Below are positions 1 to 12,214 of a stretch of DNA of 64,000 nucleotides, in pieces. The notes under the pieces are model-generated. The model ran no database searches, was not told the DNA's origin, and saw only the letters and a program-made list of their open reading frames with translations. Each line of letters opens with the position of its first letter. Position 1 is the first letter of the stretch. Origin of the DNA: Squalus acanthias (Eukaryota); NCBI GenBank assembly GCA_030390025.1, contig CM059441.1, positions 20,770,001-20,834,000 of the forward strand. Direction: 5' to 3'. The translations under genes were made by a program, and so were the position numbers.

Positions 1-243
1 GCCACTCCATCATGCAGATGGGCTTAATTTAACTAAGATTTGGAAAATATTGCATAACAAATACCGCATAACATGCTATTCTACCATTGTCACAAGCCAA
101 AGAGAAGATCTAAACTTCCCAAAGATCTCCACCACTGGGGGTTTGTCTTGTCTGGGTCTGTTGTAGACCAATTGATAGAGATTTATTGCCATGATTAGTC
201 AACAACTCCATTATCGTCGCATCATGCGACTATCAGGATGGTA

Positions 244-706
244 AAAAGAAAGACTTACATTTCTATAGCACCTTTCATGACCACCAGAAGTCCCAAAACG
301 CTTTACAGCCAATGAAGTACTTTTTGAAGTGTAGTCACTGTTGTAATGTTGGAAACATGGCAGCCAATTTGCGCACAGCAAGCTCCCACAAACAGCAATG
401 TGATAATGACCAGATAATCTGTTTTTTAGTGATGTTGATTGAGGGATAAATATCGTCCAGGACTCTGGGGATAACTCCCTTGCTCTCCTTTAAAATAGTG
501 CCATTGGATCTTTTACATCCGCCTGAGAGAGCAGACGGGGCCTCGGTTTAACGTCTCATCTGAAAGACGGCACCTCCGACAGTGCAGCGCTCCCTCAGCA
601 CTGCACTGGAGTGTCAGCCTGGATTTCTGTGCTCAAGTCTCTGGAGTGGGTCTATGAACCCACAACCTTCTGACTCAGAGGTGAGGGTGCTACCAACTGA
701 GCCACG
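244..706 (-). mobile_element. tRNA-derived SINE, SacSINE1/DeuSINE-like, full length
   Basis: Minus-strand head GTGGCTCAGTTGGTAGCAC...GGGTTCA (A/B boxes), Deu-like core (TTTCAGATGAGACGTTAAACCGAGGCCC), L2-like tail. Confidence 0.85.
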
Positions 707-1624
707 GTAGAAAGCGAAGTCGATGGATCTTGGTCATTTTTTTTGTCTAGCAACTCCTATGTTTCTAAACTCAGCCGGAGGCTAATCCTTTATATCACTG
801 GCAAGTCATGAAAACTGAGTGTGCATTGACTGCACAGTCTTCATCTGACTCTGGTATTGCTCTATAACTTAGACCTTAAGTATCAAGCAAGCCCCTATAT
901 TGACAGTTTTTCGAGAATCCCAGTCTGACGTGCTCTTGCTTACTCCCGAGTTATGCAGTGGAAAGCACTCAACTGCATGAATGTCGTATCACACTGAGAC
1001 CCAAATTAAATCAACACATACCTATTAAATTACAAAATTGTCTTACTGCTACAAACTGTTAAGATGTGCTATTAAGCAGAGTTATGGCAAATATTACAAG
1101 CGGTTTTGGTCAAGGATTTTTCGTTATTGCAGTTCGAGGATGTGGTTGACATGTGAAATACAGAATTACAGTTGCAGTGTGGAAACTACATTTCCCTAAA
1201 GCTCGTAATTAAACTTGTATCACAAATAAGGTAACAATTCCACCGTTAAAAATTGCAGTCTTGTCATTTTAAGTTCTTTTTCTGGTTTCAATGGCTGTAG
1301 TCTCAGAAATACATAGAAATCACACTGCCGATCACTCCTATCTCTTGGGGTTTCTGCTAGTTATGAGGGGTATTTTACGAATTCTTGCTCCTGGCTTTGC
1401 CCATTGGGAGCACATATTGAAAATTTGGGTTGGCAGTGCCCACCATTCTCCGACCAATCATTTTAATGGTCAGAATTTGGGCCTGAATTACTGATACGCG
1501 CTTCTCGTCACTCACTAGGACCGCAGACTTGTAAAGTTACCACTGCCGAGTTAGAATTAGTTAGGTGAAGGCTGGAGTTCAGGAGCATAAATACATGAAC
1601 TGTGTCTCTATATTAATGCATGAA

Positions 1625-1728
1625 CAGCGTTTCCCACATTACAACAGTGACTACACTTCAAAAAAGTACATCATTGGCCGTAAAGCCCTTTGGGACGTCT
1701 GGTGGTCGTGAAAGGCGCCGTATAAACA
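1625..1728 (+). mobile_element. SacSINE1-like 3' fragment
   Basis: Matches the 3' tail of 7192-7530 and 244-706. Confidence 0.75.
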
Positions 1729-1908
1729 AAGTGATTATCTGCACGAACATTTTCGTGGCCTTCTGCGCATGTGCACGGTATACCAGAGCCACGCATGCGC
1801 ATCTGACCCCGCCCCCGCCCACGCGCTATTTAACAAGGCTGTGCATGCGCGGCACCCAACAGTTGCGGCCTGCAGTGCAGCGCGGGCCGCGATTTCTTGA
1901 AGCTCCAT

Positions 1909-1909
<1 letters not shown>

Positions 1910-1939
<30 letters not shown>
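1910..1939 (+). repeat. (GA)n microsatellite
   Basis: About 15 GA units. Confidence 0.95.
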
Positions 1940-1942
<3 letters not shown>

Positions 1943-2474
1943 ATCGGAGGGGGAGAGGAGGTCAGGAACTTGGGCGAGGGGTGGGAGAAGGTTTTGACCC
2001 ATGAGGTTGAGCCCTGATCTATGTGAGCTCTGTTCTGTCTGGAGCCTGGCAGTCAGAATGGCTCGAATGAAACTTTGCAAAGTAACTGATTACGTAGGCA
2101 GGCAGGATCTAATTACACATTCCAGAGAAACTGCTGGGTGTGTCCTGTCCTCCAAGGGGACCAATCAGAAATCAGGTCTTGTCATCCAAGGTGACCAATC
2201 AGAACTTTGGTGTTGCGAATAAACACACGTCCCTTTATGCAAGTCCTTTTTTCTTTCTTTCTCACTGACTTGATCTCCACTGGGAAACTTAAATAGCTTT
2301 AAAATAATTGCGAAAGGGACACTAATTTCCCATCCTAGTTAACTTTACCATCCACCTGTACATATGAGAAGACTGATGGCTAAAACAATTTGACTTCAAT
2401 GGATTGGCACATACATAATTACACTAGCACCTGCATTGAACTCTAAACCAAAAGAAAGCAATCTTGCATATTTA

Positions 2475-2898
2475 AAAAAAAATTATTCACGGGATGTGGG
2501 CGTCGCTGGCAAGGCCAGCATTTATTGCCCATCCCTAATTGCCCTTGAGAAGGTGGTGGTGAGCCTCCTTCTTGACAACCGAGTGGCTTGCTAGGCCATT
2601 TCAGAGGGCAGTTACGAGTCGACCACATTGTTGTGGTCTGGAGTCACATATAGGCCAGACCAGGTAAGAACGGCAGATTTCCTTCCCTAAAGGACATTAG
2701 TGAACCAGATGGGTTTTTACGACAATCTGGTAGTTTCATGGTCACCCTTACTGAAATAACTTTTTATACCAGATTTATTTAATTAACTGAATTTAAATTC
2801 CCCAGCTGACGTGGTGGGATTTGAACTCACGTCTCTGGATCATTAGTCCAGGCTTCTGGATTACTAGTCTGGTAACATAACCACTGTGCTACTGTACC
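2475..2898 (-). mobile_element. tRNA-derived SINE with Zenon-like LINE tail
   Basis: Head TAGCACAGTGG (A box)...GTTCAAATCCC (B box); last ~95 nt match the LINE 3' end at 38740-38830. Confidence 0.85.
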
Positions 2899-3213
2899 TG
2901 TACGGTACCATTATTATTGTACGCAAGCTAACGTGGTTGTACAGGACGGTGAGGTTGTATGTGAGAAAAGTGCCTTTTGTTTGCTGGAAGCTGTGTTTGA
3001 ATCCAACGCAAACTGATGGGTTGAAGATCTCTTCTCCTCGCCTGCTCTAAAGGTTTGGGTTTGAGTAGTCTCAGCCCAGTCCACAGAGGGCAAAGGTCAA
3101 TGGCACCAAAACACCCATAATTCAGCACCAGTTGACAATTCATTGGCAGTTAGGCCACAGGGGTTGCTGTGACAATGGAATTGGAGCAGCTGGTGGTTGC
3201 CTTCTGAGTCTAA

Positions 3214-3343
3214 GGGGGCGAATTTCCTCCGCGCCGTTACTTCACCAGGAACCTCATTCCCGCGCGAAACCGGGAATTTCCCGCTGAGCCTCCGCCGAAG
3301 TTACACCGGCGGAATGGGAGAAGCCCCCAGGAAATTCACCCCC
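3214..3343. mobile_element. Small MITE (Harbinger/Tourist-like)
   Basis: TIR GGGGGCGAATTTCC / GGAAATTCACCCCC; left flank TAA. Confidence 0.7.
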
Positions 3344-3569
3344 CCCCCCCGTCCCCTAGTTTCAAGCACAATGTTAAGTCGGTGCTGGTGCCGAAAATGA
3401 AAGTCACTCTACAGCACCAACATTCCTCACTTTGGGCAAACAGTCACCTGAACTCCGCCAGACGAACACAATCTCTAATATGGCAGTAGGACATTTCACA
3501 TTTATTATACTTGTGCAGATATAAAACAAACACTCAGAATACAGCAGTTCAAATACATTTGACGTTTAC

Positions 3570-3606
3570 CTTAGTCTTTCCTTGTCTGAAGAAAGTAACT
3601 TTTGAC
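3570..3606 (-). CDS. CD300/pIgR-like receptor gene A, exon 3 (short stalk GQKLLSSDKERLR)
   Basis: TTTTTAACAG| acceptor and AAG|GTAAAC donor; 37 nt, phase 1-2; exon and flanking introns align with gene B exon 3. Confidence 0.8.
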
Positions 3607-3939
3607 CTGTTAAAAATTATGTATAAAAATATTTGATTATTTACTATCCTCGTGTTATGGATTCACTCTAAACTGTCAGTATGCTTTTGCAGTGATGACT
3701 GATAAAAGATTGAAAGTCTGATTAGATAGAATCGTCAAAAAGCAACAGATGGTTTTTCAGTATTGTCCTGGCTCATCCTTAACAGAATTATAATTTTAAC
3801 ACTCGACTGAGAAATTGGGAGATTGGAGATTTTGAAAAATATATAATAAAGCCTGTATCAAATCATATAAACTTGTTATCGAACAAAAAATATATAGTTG
3901 AATGATTTACACACTAATAAACATATATTTGTGTCCTAC

Positions 3940-4275
3940 CTTCAAGAACTTTAAGTTCTATTGGACTTAAGTAGTCCAGGAGGCTATGTCTTTCTATTCC
4001 ACACCAGTACCAGCCCTTATCGTTTGTTGTTAATTGCTCCATCTGTACCGTAAGTTGTCCTTTTACGTTGTCGGCTGTAATTTTTATTCTGCCATCATGG
4101 CTTTTCATCTCAGGGCCTTGGGTTTGTACTAACACGATGCAGTTTAGCTTGTTGTAGCCTCTGCACCAGTATTTTTGATGATTGCTGTAATATGTGTCAA
4201 ACCTGCAAGTGATAATGACTGATTTTCCCACTGTTGCACTTTTTACTTTTGGTCCACTTATTGCAGCATGCGTAA
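3940..4275 (-). CDS. CD300/pIgR-like receptor gene A, exon 2 (V-type Ig domain)
   Basis: Acceptor TTACAG| at 4276, donor GAAG|GTAGGA at 3939; 336 nt, phase 1-1, open. Motifs V-x-I-T-C, KYWC-x-G...C (extra C-C' disulfide typical of CD300/pIgR/TREM), GRI, D-x-G-W-Y-W-C-G. Confidence 0.93.
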
Positions 4276-5754
4276 CTGTAAGTGTGAGAATATAACATAC
4301 ATTTTAAAGTACAATAGTTGAACGCTTGTGCTATTGCACTCAGAGAAACATAAAAGAAATTGATGCTTCCTTGTAACTGTCTCTCTAACGCCATTAACTG
4401 TGCCACTCATTTTTTTATGTGACCTCCTCTGTCTCTTTGTTTGCCTTCCACTCTTTCATTCTCTCTCTATGGCTGCCTCATTGTCCTCTCTGTACCTCTC
4501 TGTTTTGCCTGACTGTTCTTTATTCACTCGTTCTGACTCACTTGGTCACAATGACTCCCCTCTCACTTCTGTATTTCCCTCTGTGTCTACACGCACGTTA
4601 CCAATTTACCCAGTTTTGTTCCTTTCACATTTTTAAGGACAAAGGCACACAGCAAGAAACAAAAATGTACTGGGTCGGCGAAGGGGATTTGGGCCAGGCA
4701 GCAGAGGCTAGGCAAGGGTGGGGAGAGGCCCGCTGGATGATTCCAAAATACACACGGATTTCAAAGAAACTGAGGGGGATAGGTGCTGGTTGGAATGTAT
4801 GGGGGTAGATTCTGGCCAGGGACAGCACAGTGGATCTGAAATGCACCCTGGACTGATTGAAGTTGTAACGGGTCTGGAGTTGCGGATGTGTGCGATGTTG
4901 GTTCATGCAAGAACTGCAACACACATGGGCGAGAGAGAAACAGGGGGACATTAACTTGGGGAGGAGCAAGAGGTTAGATAATAGAGCAGGGAATCCATGG
5001 GTTTCAAGAATGGGGCAAGGCCTAAGGTAAAGTGGGGAGAGAGTGGACTAAAGGTGGAAGGAACATGAGAGTGACAGCTATTGCATTTGAGAGCTAGAGA
5101 ATTCTGCAAGGGAGTTGGGTGCACAGTTAGGTACGTGATAGTCTAGCAGTGCAAGTGCTAAGAGGGCGCATAGGTTTGGTGAGAACAGCATTGATCCTGC
5201 TGTTTCTCTGGTTTAATTTGAGAAGCACTGGAACCAGCAAATCTAATGGTCCCAAAGTAGAGGGAGGCTGTCTAACTTAGGCTCCAAATCTTCAGTGCCA
5301 CTCTACTGCACGCTTGACTTACAGTGTGGGGTTTTGAGCGGGGAGATCAGTGAGAGAGGATCTCGTAGCAGGCCTAAAGTCAACAGCCATGTGGAAGAGT
5401 AGGACTGGCGCCATTGTACTATGATGAAGGGAATGGAACCGATATACTGGAAGCAGGCCTCGGTGGGAGAGAGGGAGTGGAGTCAGACCTAGAATGCTTG
5501 GGTTGGCTCTGGGAGGGAAGAGACCCAGAGCTGGGGCGGTTGGAGTGGGCCTGGGAAGGAAGGGGAGAGAGAATAAGTGGTGCATTTGTAGCAGTCTTGG
5601 TTGGGAGCTGCACCTGGAACACTTGGCTTGACCTAGAGACTCGAACATAGTTTAAATTACAGGAATTAGATGTGGTGTATTTGCAGAACAGCTTGTTCCT
5701 ACTTATTCATACTCAGATTTCTCTTATTGGGTTCGGGAAACAAGAGGTGAAGGT

Positions 5755-6780
5755 GAAACAACAACAGAAAACGCTGGAAAAACTCAGCAGGCCAGGCAAC
5801 ATCCGTGGAGAGAGAAACAGAGTTAACGTTTCAGGTCGAAACCCTTCGTCAGAACTGAGAAAAAAGCAGGAAATGAAACAGATAAAAAAGCAAGGGGAGG
5901 CTGGGGGGAGGAATAAAAGAACAAAAGGGGTGGTCTATGGTAAGTAGAGACATTAAGAGATGCTCAAGGCAAGATGAGATGGTAATAGGACAGGTTAAGA
6001 AACAAAAGGTGGCTCAGAAGTGTGAAGTGTGAAATGCTGGCAGAATGAGAGACAGCTGCCGTGGGGGGAGAGAGAGAAAAAAAGGGAAAAGGCACAAACC
6101 AAAAGGGTGGATAAAATGTGTATATATATATATATATGTGGTAGGGGCCGAGGTTATGATCTGAAATTGTTGAACTCGATATTGAGTCCGGAAGGCTGTA
6201 AAGTGCCTAATCGGAAGATGAGGTGCTGTTCCTCGAGCTTACGCTGAGCTTCCGTGGAACAATGCAAGAGGCCGAGGACGGTGAGGTCTGAGTGGGCGTG
6301 GAGAGGTGAATTAAAATGACAAGCGACCGGAAGCTCGGGGTCACCCTTACGGACTGAACGGAGGTGTTCCGCAAAGCGGTCACCCAATCTGCGTTTGGTC
6401 TCCCCAATGTAGAGGAGACCACATCGTGAGCAGCGAATACAGTATACTAGATTGCAAGAAGTACAAGTAAATCGCTGTTTCACCTGGAAGGGGTGTTTGG
6501 GGCCCTGGAGAGTGGGAAGGGGGGATGTATAAGGGCAGGTGTTGCATCTCCTGCGCTTGCACGGGAAGGTGCCAGGGTGAGGGGGAAGGGGTGCTGGGGG
6601 TGATAGAGGAGTGGACTAGGGTGTCTCGGAGGGAGCGGTCCCTACGGAATGCTGAAAGGGGAGGTGAGGGGAAGATACGTTTGGTGGTGGGATCACGTTG
6701 GAGGTGGCGGAAATGGCAGAGGATGATCTGTTGAATGTGAGGCTGGTGGGGTGAAAGGTGAGGACAAGGGGAACTCTGGT
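5755..6780 (-). mobile_element. Penelope-like element 3' part (GIY-YIG endonuclease + pseudo-LTR)
   Basis: ORF 6483-6154 NLVYCIRC..C...YIGETKRRL..RF.EH; frameshifted upstream linker (AFRRDRSLRDTLVHS); hammerhead motif at 5821-5856. Confidence 0.9.
5821..5856 (-). ncRNA. Minimal type I hammerhead ribozyme (Penelope pLTR)
   Basis: AGUU-CUGACGA-A-GGGU(UUCG)ACCU-GAAA-CGU-U-AACU: intact core, stems I and II pair, palindromic stem III. Confidence 0.8.
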
Positions 6781-7191
6781 TGTGTAGATAATTAAAACAC
6801 ATATCCATGTCCGAGTCAGATCTCCTCAGCCAGTTGCTGCTGTACTAGGAGCTGATGCAACACGCCACAAGAATGGCTGGTGAATTCAGCCGTCACAGGC
6901 CAATGTGAGCTATAAGAAAGCGCAGTGTGAGGTATTTGCAAGAACACCACAGAGCGCTGTATCAATCACATCGGAAACTCGCTACATCCTGTGTTATCTT
7001 TACAATGCACACTGGTGAAGTCTGTGGGGTGTTTTTTTTTTCTGTGGTGACATTCTGCTCTATAGACCTTCATCTTGGTTTCTCAATAATTAAAAAAATA
7101 TATAGATAGTCCATAGAAAGAACACTTCACCTTTCCTACATAGGAACAATTATTTATTCATTATCTTTTGAATCTATTTTCAAGTTATCCA

Positions 7192-7530
7192 TCTTTCGGA
7201 TGAGACGTTAAACCGAGGCCCCGTCTGCTCTCTCAGGTGGATGTAAAAGATCCCATGGCACTATTTCGAAGAAGAGCAGGGGAGTTATCCCCAGGTGTCC
7301 TGGCCAATATTTATCCCTCAATCCACATAACAAAAAAACAGATTATCTGGTCATTATCACATTGCTGTTTGTGGGAGCTTGCTGTGCACAAATTGGCTGC
7401 CGCGTTTCCCACATTACAACAGTGACTACACTTCAAAAAGTACTTCATTGGCTGTAAAGCGCTTTGAGACGTCCGGTGGTCGTGAAAGGCGCTATATAAA
7501 TGCAAGTTTTCTTTCTTTCTTTTCTTCTTT
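7192..7530 (+). mobile_element. SacSINE1-like SINE, 5' truncated
   Basis: Deu-like core and tail AAAGGCGCTATATAAATGCAAG + T-rich repeat. Confidence 0.85.
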
Positions 7531-10500
7531 CTTTCATCCAAAGCCTCAATGTTGTGGCCCCTTGAAGTGGTCCCAACTCTTTTTAAAGTGGTTCTACACT
7601 ACAATGTCCTGGGTCTTTGAGTACAGTAGAAGTGATCCCACTTACATTTAGGTGGAATTAAGAGTACCAGGAAGAATGGAGCAAGAATTGTGAGCACACA
7701 ATATCTGTGTGCCCGCCATTCTTTAAAGGCTGCAATCCAAGCTGGTTTGTATGGGTGGGCAGAGCAAAATGGCAGCCAGACACATCCGGTGGGGGTGTCC
7801 TTTTACATAAGCCAGCATTCCATTTCTGGAGGAGCCCTTGGAAAAGCACTTCCTGACGAACACCACCTCATTTATAGAACAGGACTGCCGCTGAATATAA
7901 AATGGGCATAAATATCCGTCATCTTCTCTGTGAGGAGTATAGTCGACTTGCGCGGTGAATGCTGGTTCGCTGGATTTCTTTCAAGCGGGAGCTGCACCTG
8001 TTTCTGGATGGGGCGGAGATCACCTCGTACAAGAGGTAGGCACCTGGTAACGTTAATCTGGGCCAGAGTGGTCTCCTGGACTAGTTTTGATCGCCCAAAG
8101 GGGGTCAGAGAGGAATTTCCCGTATTTTTTATACCCTAATTGGCCTGTTTTTAAAAAATCTGCTTTTATGCTTATCCCGGGAGATTACATGGCTCCGGGT
8201 GAGAGAGTGTCTGTACTCTGATGCATGAGGCATCACAACCAACGTTTCCGCTAAACCGCGCGGCCGCACAGCCGTCTGGTGGTCCCGCGCAGACCTCTCA
8301 GCAGCTTTTCCATGGGAGATACCACACACATGTGAATATTTGGATGGGAGACGCAGCCCGTTAGAGGAACCGCACACCACAAAAAAAATCACGACTCTAT
8401 GGGACAGGCTGGATGGACAAGTAGGTCTCTTCCTGGCCCTCATTTTTCGCATGTATCTGATTTATGACAGTACCTTTTGGTTAAGCGCGTGTGAACAAAT
8501 TTTACATGAGAACTAATGCAAGCAATATTTCTGTTATTTAACCTAACATTAAATCACTTTGAGAATCTGAGATAAAACATTTCAAACTGCCTGAAAAATG
8601 TATTAAGTTGCTACTTGTATCCTCTACTTTAATTTGAAATTAGTGTGGTTTCTGGCTTTCAACAGAAAAGGATCTTTGCTCATTAAAGGATGTTTCTTAA
8701 AGAGTATGGAAGACTTTGGAGAGCAATAACTCAGCGAGGTTCATGCTGTACCACCTTTAAACCTTGTTCTGTGTGTGCGCGCATTTTGCTTCCTGCTTAA
8801 ATAGGTTGTTAAAACGGTGCGGTAAACATAGGTAAAGCAGCACAACTTTAAAGATGTAGAGGTAAAAATTTGCCTGGGCCCAGTATGCGAGCTGTCAAGG
8901 CCTGTTGTGCCTCCACAGGCAGCTTGCTTATTTGAACTGCATGAAGGTAAGTCCCGGGATTGGAGGGGAGGGGGGGCCGGGAGGGGGTCCAGCGGCAACG
9001 GCTCCTCCAAGCTCCACAGGGAGGGTTATTAAAAATTTGTTTAAAAAAAGTACCTTTCGGTGACGGCTGCTGAAGAATCCTGAGTGGGGCCAGGCCCGAC
9101 ACCCGAACAAAGACCCAATCCAAGTTTGGGCCGGCTGCTTTTCATGCTCCCTTTGGGCGCAGGTTCCCCAAAATTGGGCCTCCTTGCGCCTGTTTTAGGT
9201 GCAAAAACAGGCGCGAACAAGGTCCAACTAATTGCTAAGAGCTAAGGTCGCCCAAATTGGCAATCTTGAGTCGCTTTGCAAGTTGGGAAACTATACCCAG
9301 TTTGAAACATTTCAAATTTGTTTTGGCCAGTGCCTTTATTAAATACGCAGAAGGACAAAATGCTTTTATCCTGAGCAAGATACCATTTTCTTTACCAGAA
9401 CAATGGGTCACAGGCAAGAGGGTGGCATCTATACTGGAACAACCCCAATAAAGAAGTGTGTGTGAAACTATTTTAATATTTGTGTTATCTTCTATTTTTC
9501 CAGGCCTAGTATTGTTGGGAGAGTCTAGCAAAGGCAAAGCATTATCTGTGATGGATATTTCCCATTTTTAGTTAAAACTGGATAGATCTAGAAGATTTTA
9601 GAATGCTAGGAATATTGATAGACCAACTTAAAGCCATCACTGACTGGTCACCAAACCCATCTGCTTCTGTTTAGGCTCTTTATATAATCTATTCACAATC
9701 AAACCTACCGACCATTCTGCCTCACCAATCGCTGCTTTATAAAAATCAGAGTAGTTATGTTAATTAGGAGATGACAGTATTGCAGGAAATATCATCCATT
9801 GTTATTTGTCTCCAAAACTATCCAGATAGCATTTGAAACACTACAAATATATTTAGATTTGCATCTGATTATTTAAGGAACCAGCAATTGTTTTACAAAA
9901 TAATGAGCTCTGTCCTTAACATTCAACAAGTAGTACTGTCCTTGGAGATAAGATAGGTGTTTTGAGCTGTTTCACTGGACAAACATTCAGTAGAGCCCAA
10001 ATGAAATAAGCATAAAGAAGGCCTGGAATGGAGCCAAAATGAGGTCCTCTCATTGCTAATGGTGCCGAGTATTTCCCAAGGTACAAAATATAGTGAAAAT
10101 ATTTAATTACTTTAAAAACAGTTAAATAAGTCAATCAGGACCATCGATAAAAAGGCAGATTCTTGCAACTAATCTGTTGCAAGAGATCGGTTGCATGATT
10201 TTTGCTTTTTAACACGCAAGGGGTTGACATTTCCCTTTTGTTCAACGTGAGCAATAAAGCTGTGTTGCTCACTTCATACACTTTGATGTTCATACGAATC
10301 AGCAAAGACGGGAATTTCTCTCCGTCACCACACTGCACAGGCAAGCTTATTCAATAATATTGTTTTCGCCCATTATTCTCCCTTGCATTGCATATACATT
10401 GAGGTCATTAAAAACTCTAACTCGAAATTAGTTGTTTCTCAACCAATTTATTAACTAAAATTTGAACTGATAAGTTGAACAAGTCAGTACATATAAACTG

Positions 10501-10912
10501 TACAAATTATACTATGTATAATGTAAAGCCTCATTATTACAAATTCAGAATGAGCAGAACAATAATCTGCCTGATCAGAGAATTCACCTCATCCATGTTT
10601 GAGCTCCGAGCTTCACACCAATCAAAACTAAAGAAAATGGTCGGTAAAGCAGGAGGGTTGAGTTAGTTAAAATGAGGTTCCATTGTATTATTTGTAGTGT
10701 TTAAATTAGGAGACATGTATTTAATTTTTCTCTCAAGACAATCAATGCCGATCTTGAAAAAGTATCGCGTTTTGAAAAGCAGTTAGAAGATATTTCTAAG
10801 CGCCTGACCTCAGGTCACGAGGTTTCCCAACCGATCCCATTTCTGGTCAGACTGATGCAACTATACGTTTCTATTACTTCCAAAAATCCAAAGAAGACCA
10901 ATGTTTTCTTAC

Positions 10913-10952
10913 CTGATAGGAAAGCAATGGACAGGAGAAGAGTAAAACCCAT
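10913..10952 (-). CDS. CD300/pIgR-like receptor gene A, exon 1 (signal peptide MGFTLLLSIAFLS)
   Basis: ATG at 10952, 13 hydrophobic codons +1 nt, then donor CAG|GTAAGA at 10912. Phase 1 matches the IgV exon. Same 40-nt length as the gene B leader. Confidence 0.85.
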
Positions 10953-11036
10953 TTTTAAAAAACTGTTTTTCAACTCCACTTTTCCACACACAGATCTTTA
11001 CTTCAGTGGCCCTGCTTCTGCACTGAAGTATCTAAC

Positions 11037-11047
11037 TTTTCATTTCC
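11037..11047 (-). promoter_or_regulatory. Candidate Ets-IRF composite element upstream of gene A
   Basis: Minus-strand GGAAATGAAA matches GGAAnnGAAA about 90 bp upstream of the ATG; motif match only. Confidence 0.3.
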
Positions 11048-11602
11048 TTCCCTTTAACACTTGTGAGATCGTGACCACTACTATTTCTGAAAATAGAAAG
11101 GACAGCTTTCTGTTGTGACACCCTCAGACCTTACAGCATGTCTAGTTTGAATAAATAAGTACCAAGGCATTCATGGTACAACACTCTGGTGCTATATAAA
11201 AGCCTAATTGTTTTCTTTCTTAGCCTTGTTTGAAGAATTGGATCAACTGTTTAATTGTTAGTGACAAAATGACTGCTGCAAGTAGAGTTAAAATCTTATA
11301 GCTTTTGCAATCTCTATTAAATCGTTTAAATTCTGTACAGTGTATTCAATAAGATGCACTTTGTAATTCATTTAATTTGCTTTCCGCCATTTGTATTCTT
11401 GGGATTGTTTGTCCAAATTGCACAACTTCAGTGCTCTGAAAGTCTTGATGGGGGTTTCCAGAAAATAAAATACACTTGATAAATAATTAACCCCTAGACT
11501 TATCCATTGTCAATCGGCAGAAGCTGTGTTTGTTTTTTTTAAAATTGCAATCAAAGTTTTACAAATATAGCCTTTATGTGATATATAAGGACTAACAAGG
11601 AA

Positions 11603-11957
11603 AACAAGAGCTAATCTAACATTGAACCGACTCGCCAAGGGCTGCTTCGACAGCATCTCCCAAACCCGCGACCTCCACCGCCTAGAAGGACAAGGGCAGC
11701 AGGCGCATGGGAACGCCACCACCTCCAAGTTCCCCTCCAAGGCACACACCATCCTGTTTTGGACATACATCGCCGTTCCTTCATTATCACTGGGTCAAAA
11801 TCCTGGAACTCCCCAACTAGCGGCACTGCGGAAGCAGCTTCACCACACGGACTGCAGCGGTTCAAAAAAGATTCACCACCATCCTCTCAAGGGTAACTAG
11901 GCATGGGCAATAAATGCCAGCCTTGCCAGCAACGCCCACATTCCAAGAATGAATAAA
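11603..11957 (+). mobile_element. Zenon-like LINE 3' end
   Basis: Colinear with 38500-38830 from ~11628. Confidence 0.8.
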
Positions 11958-12214
11958 GCAAAGATTACTCTCAGTGCAGATGTTATTTCCCTGTCACTTC
12001 TTAGCTCTTGTGGCAATGTGCTTCTCAGATCCATTTTTAAAACAACAAAATAGGACCTGTGATAAAAATGAAGGGACAACTGTTGAAGCAGTTGGCCTTT
12101 CACCTCTGGAATATAAGTTCAAATCCAGCCCAGATGATGGAGTGGAAGTCTCCTCTGTTGGCATAGGGCTAGATATTCTGTTGCTCCCGTTTGGGGTGAT
12201 TACTTTTGAAATCT

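Noticed and set aside
630-706. tRNA genes at SINE heads (also ~2810-2898, ~31090-31162, ~43790-43858)
   Set aside because: A/B boxes continue into SINE bodies and no complete cloverleaf is evident.
1230-1300. Candidate TM/terminal exon for gene A
   Set aside because: The phase-2 frame hits a stop at once and there is no hydrophobic helix; no TM exon found in 1-3569.
3940-4275. Immunoglobulin/TCR V segment or true PIGR
   Set aside because: No recombination signal after the exon, the exon includes its own G strand and splices to a stalk; single domain with KYWC..C motif fits CD300/pIgR-like, not multi-domain pIgR.
11014-11030. Iron-responsive element (CAGTGC on minus strand)
   Set aside because: The five bases on either side of CAGTGC do not form the required upper stem.
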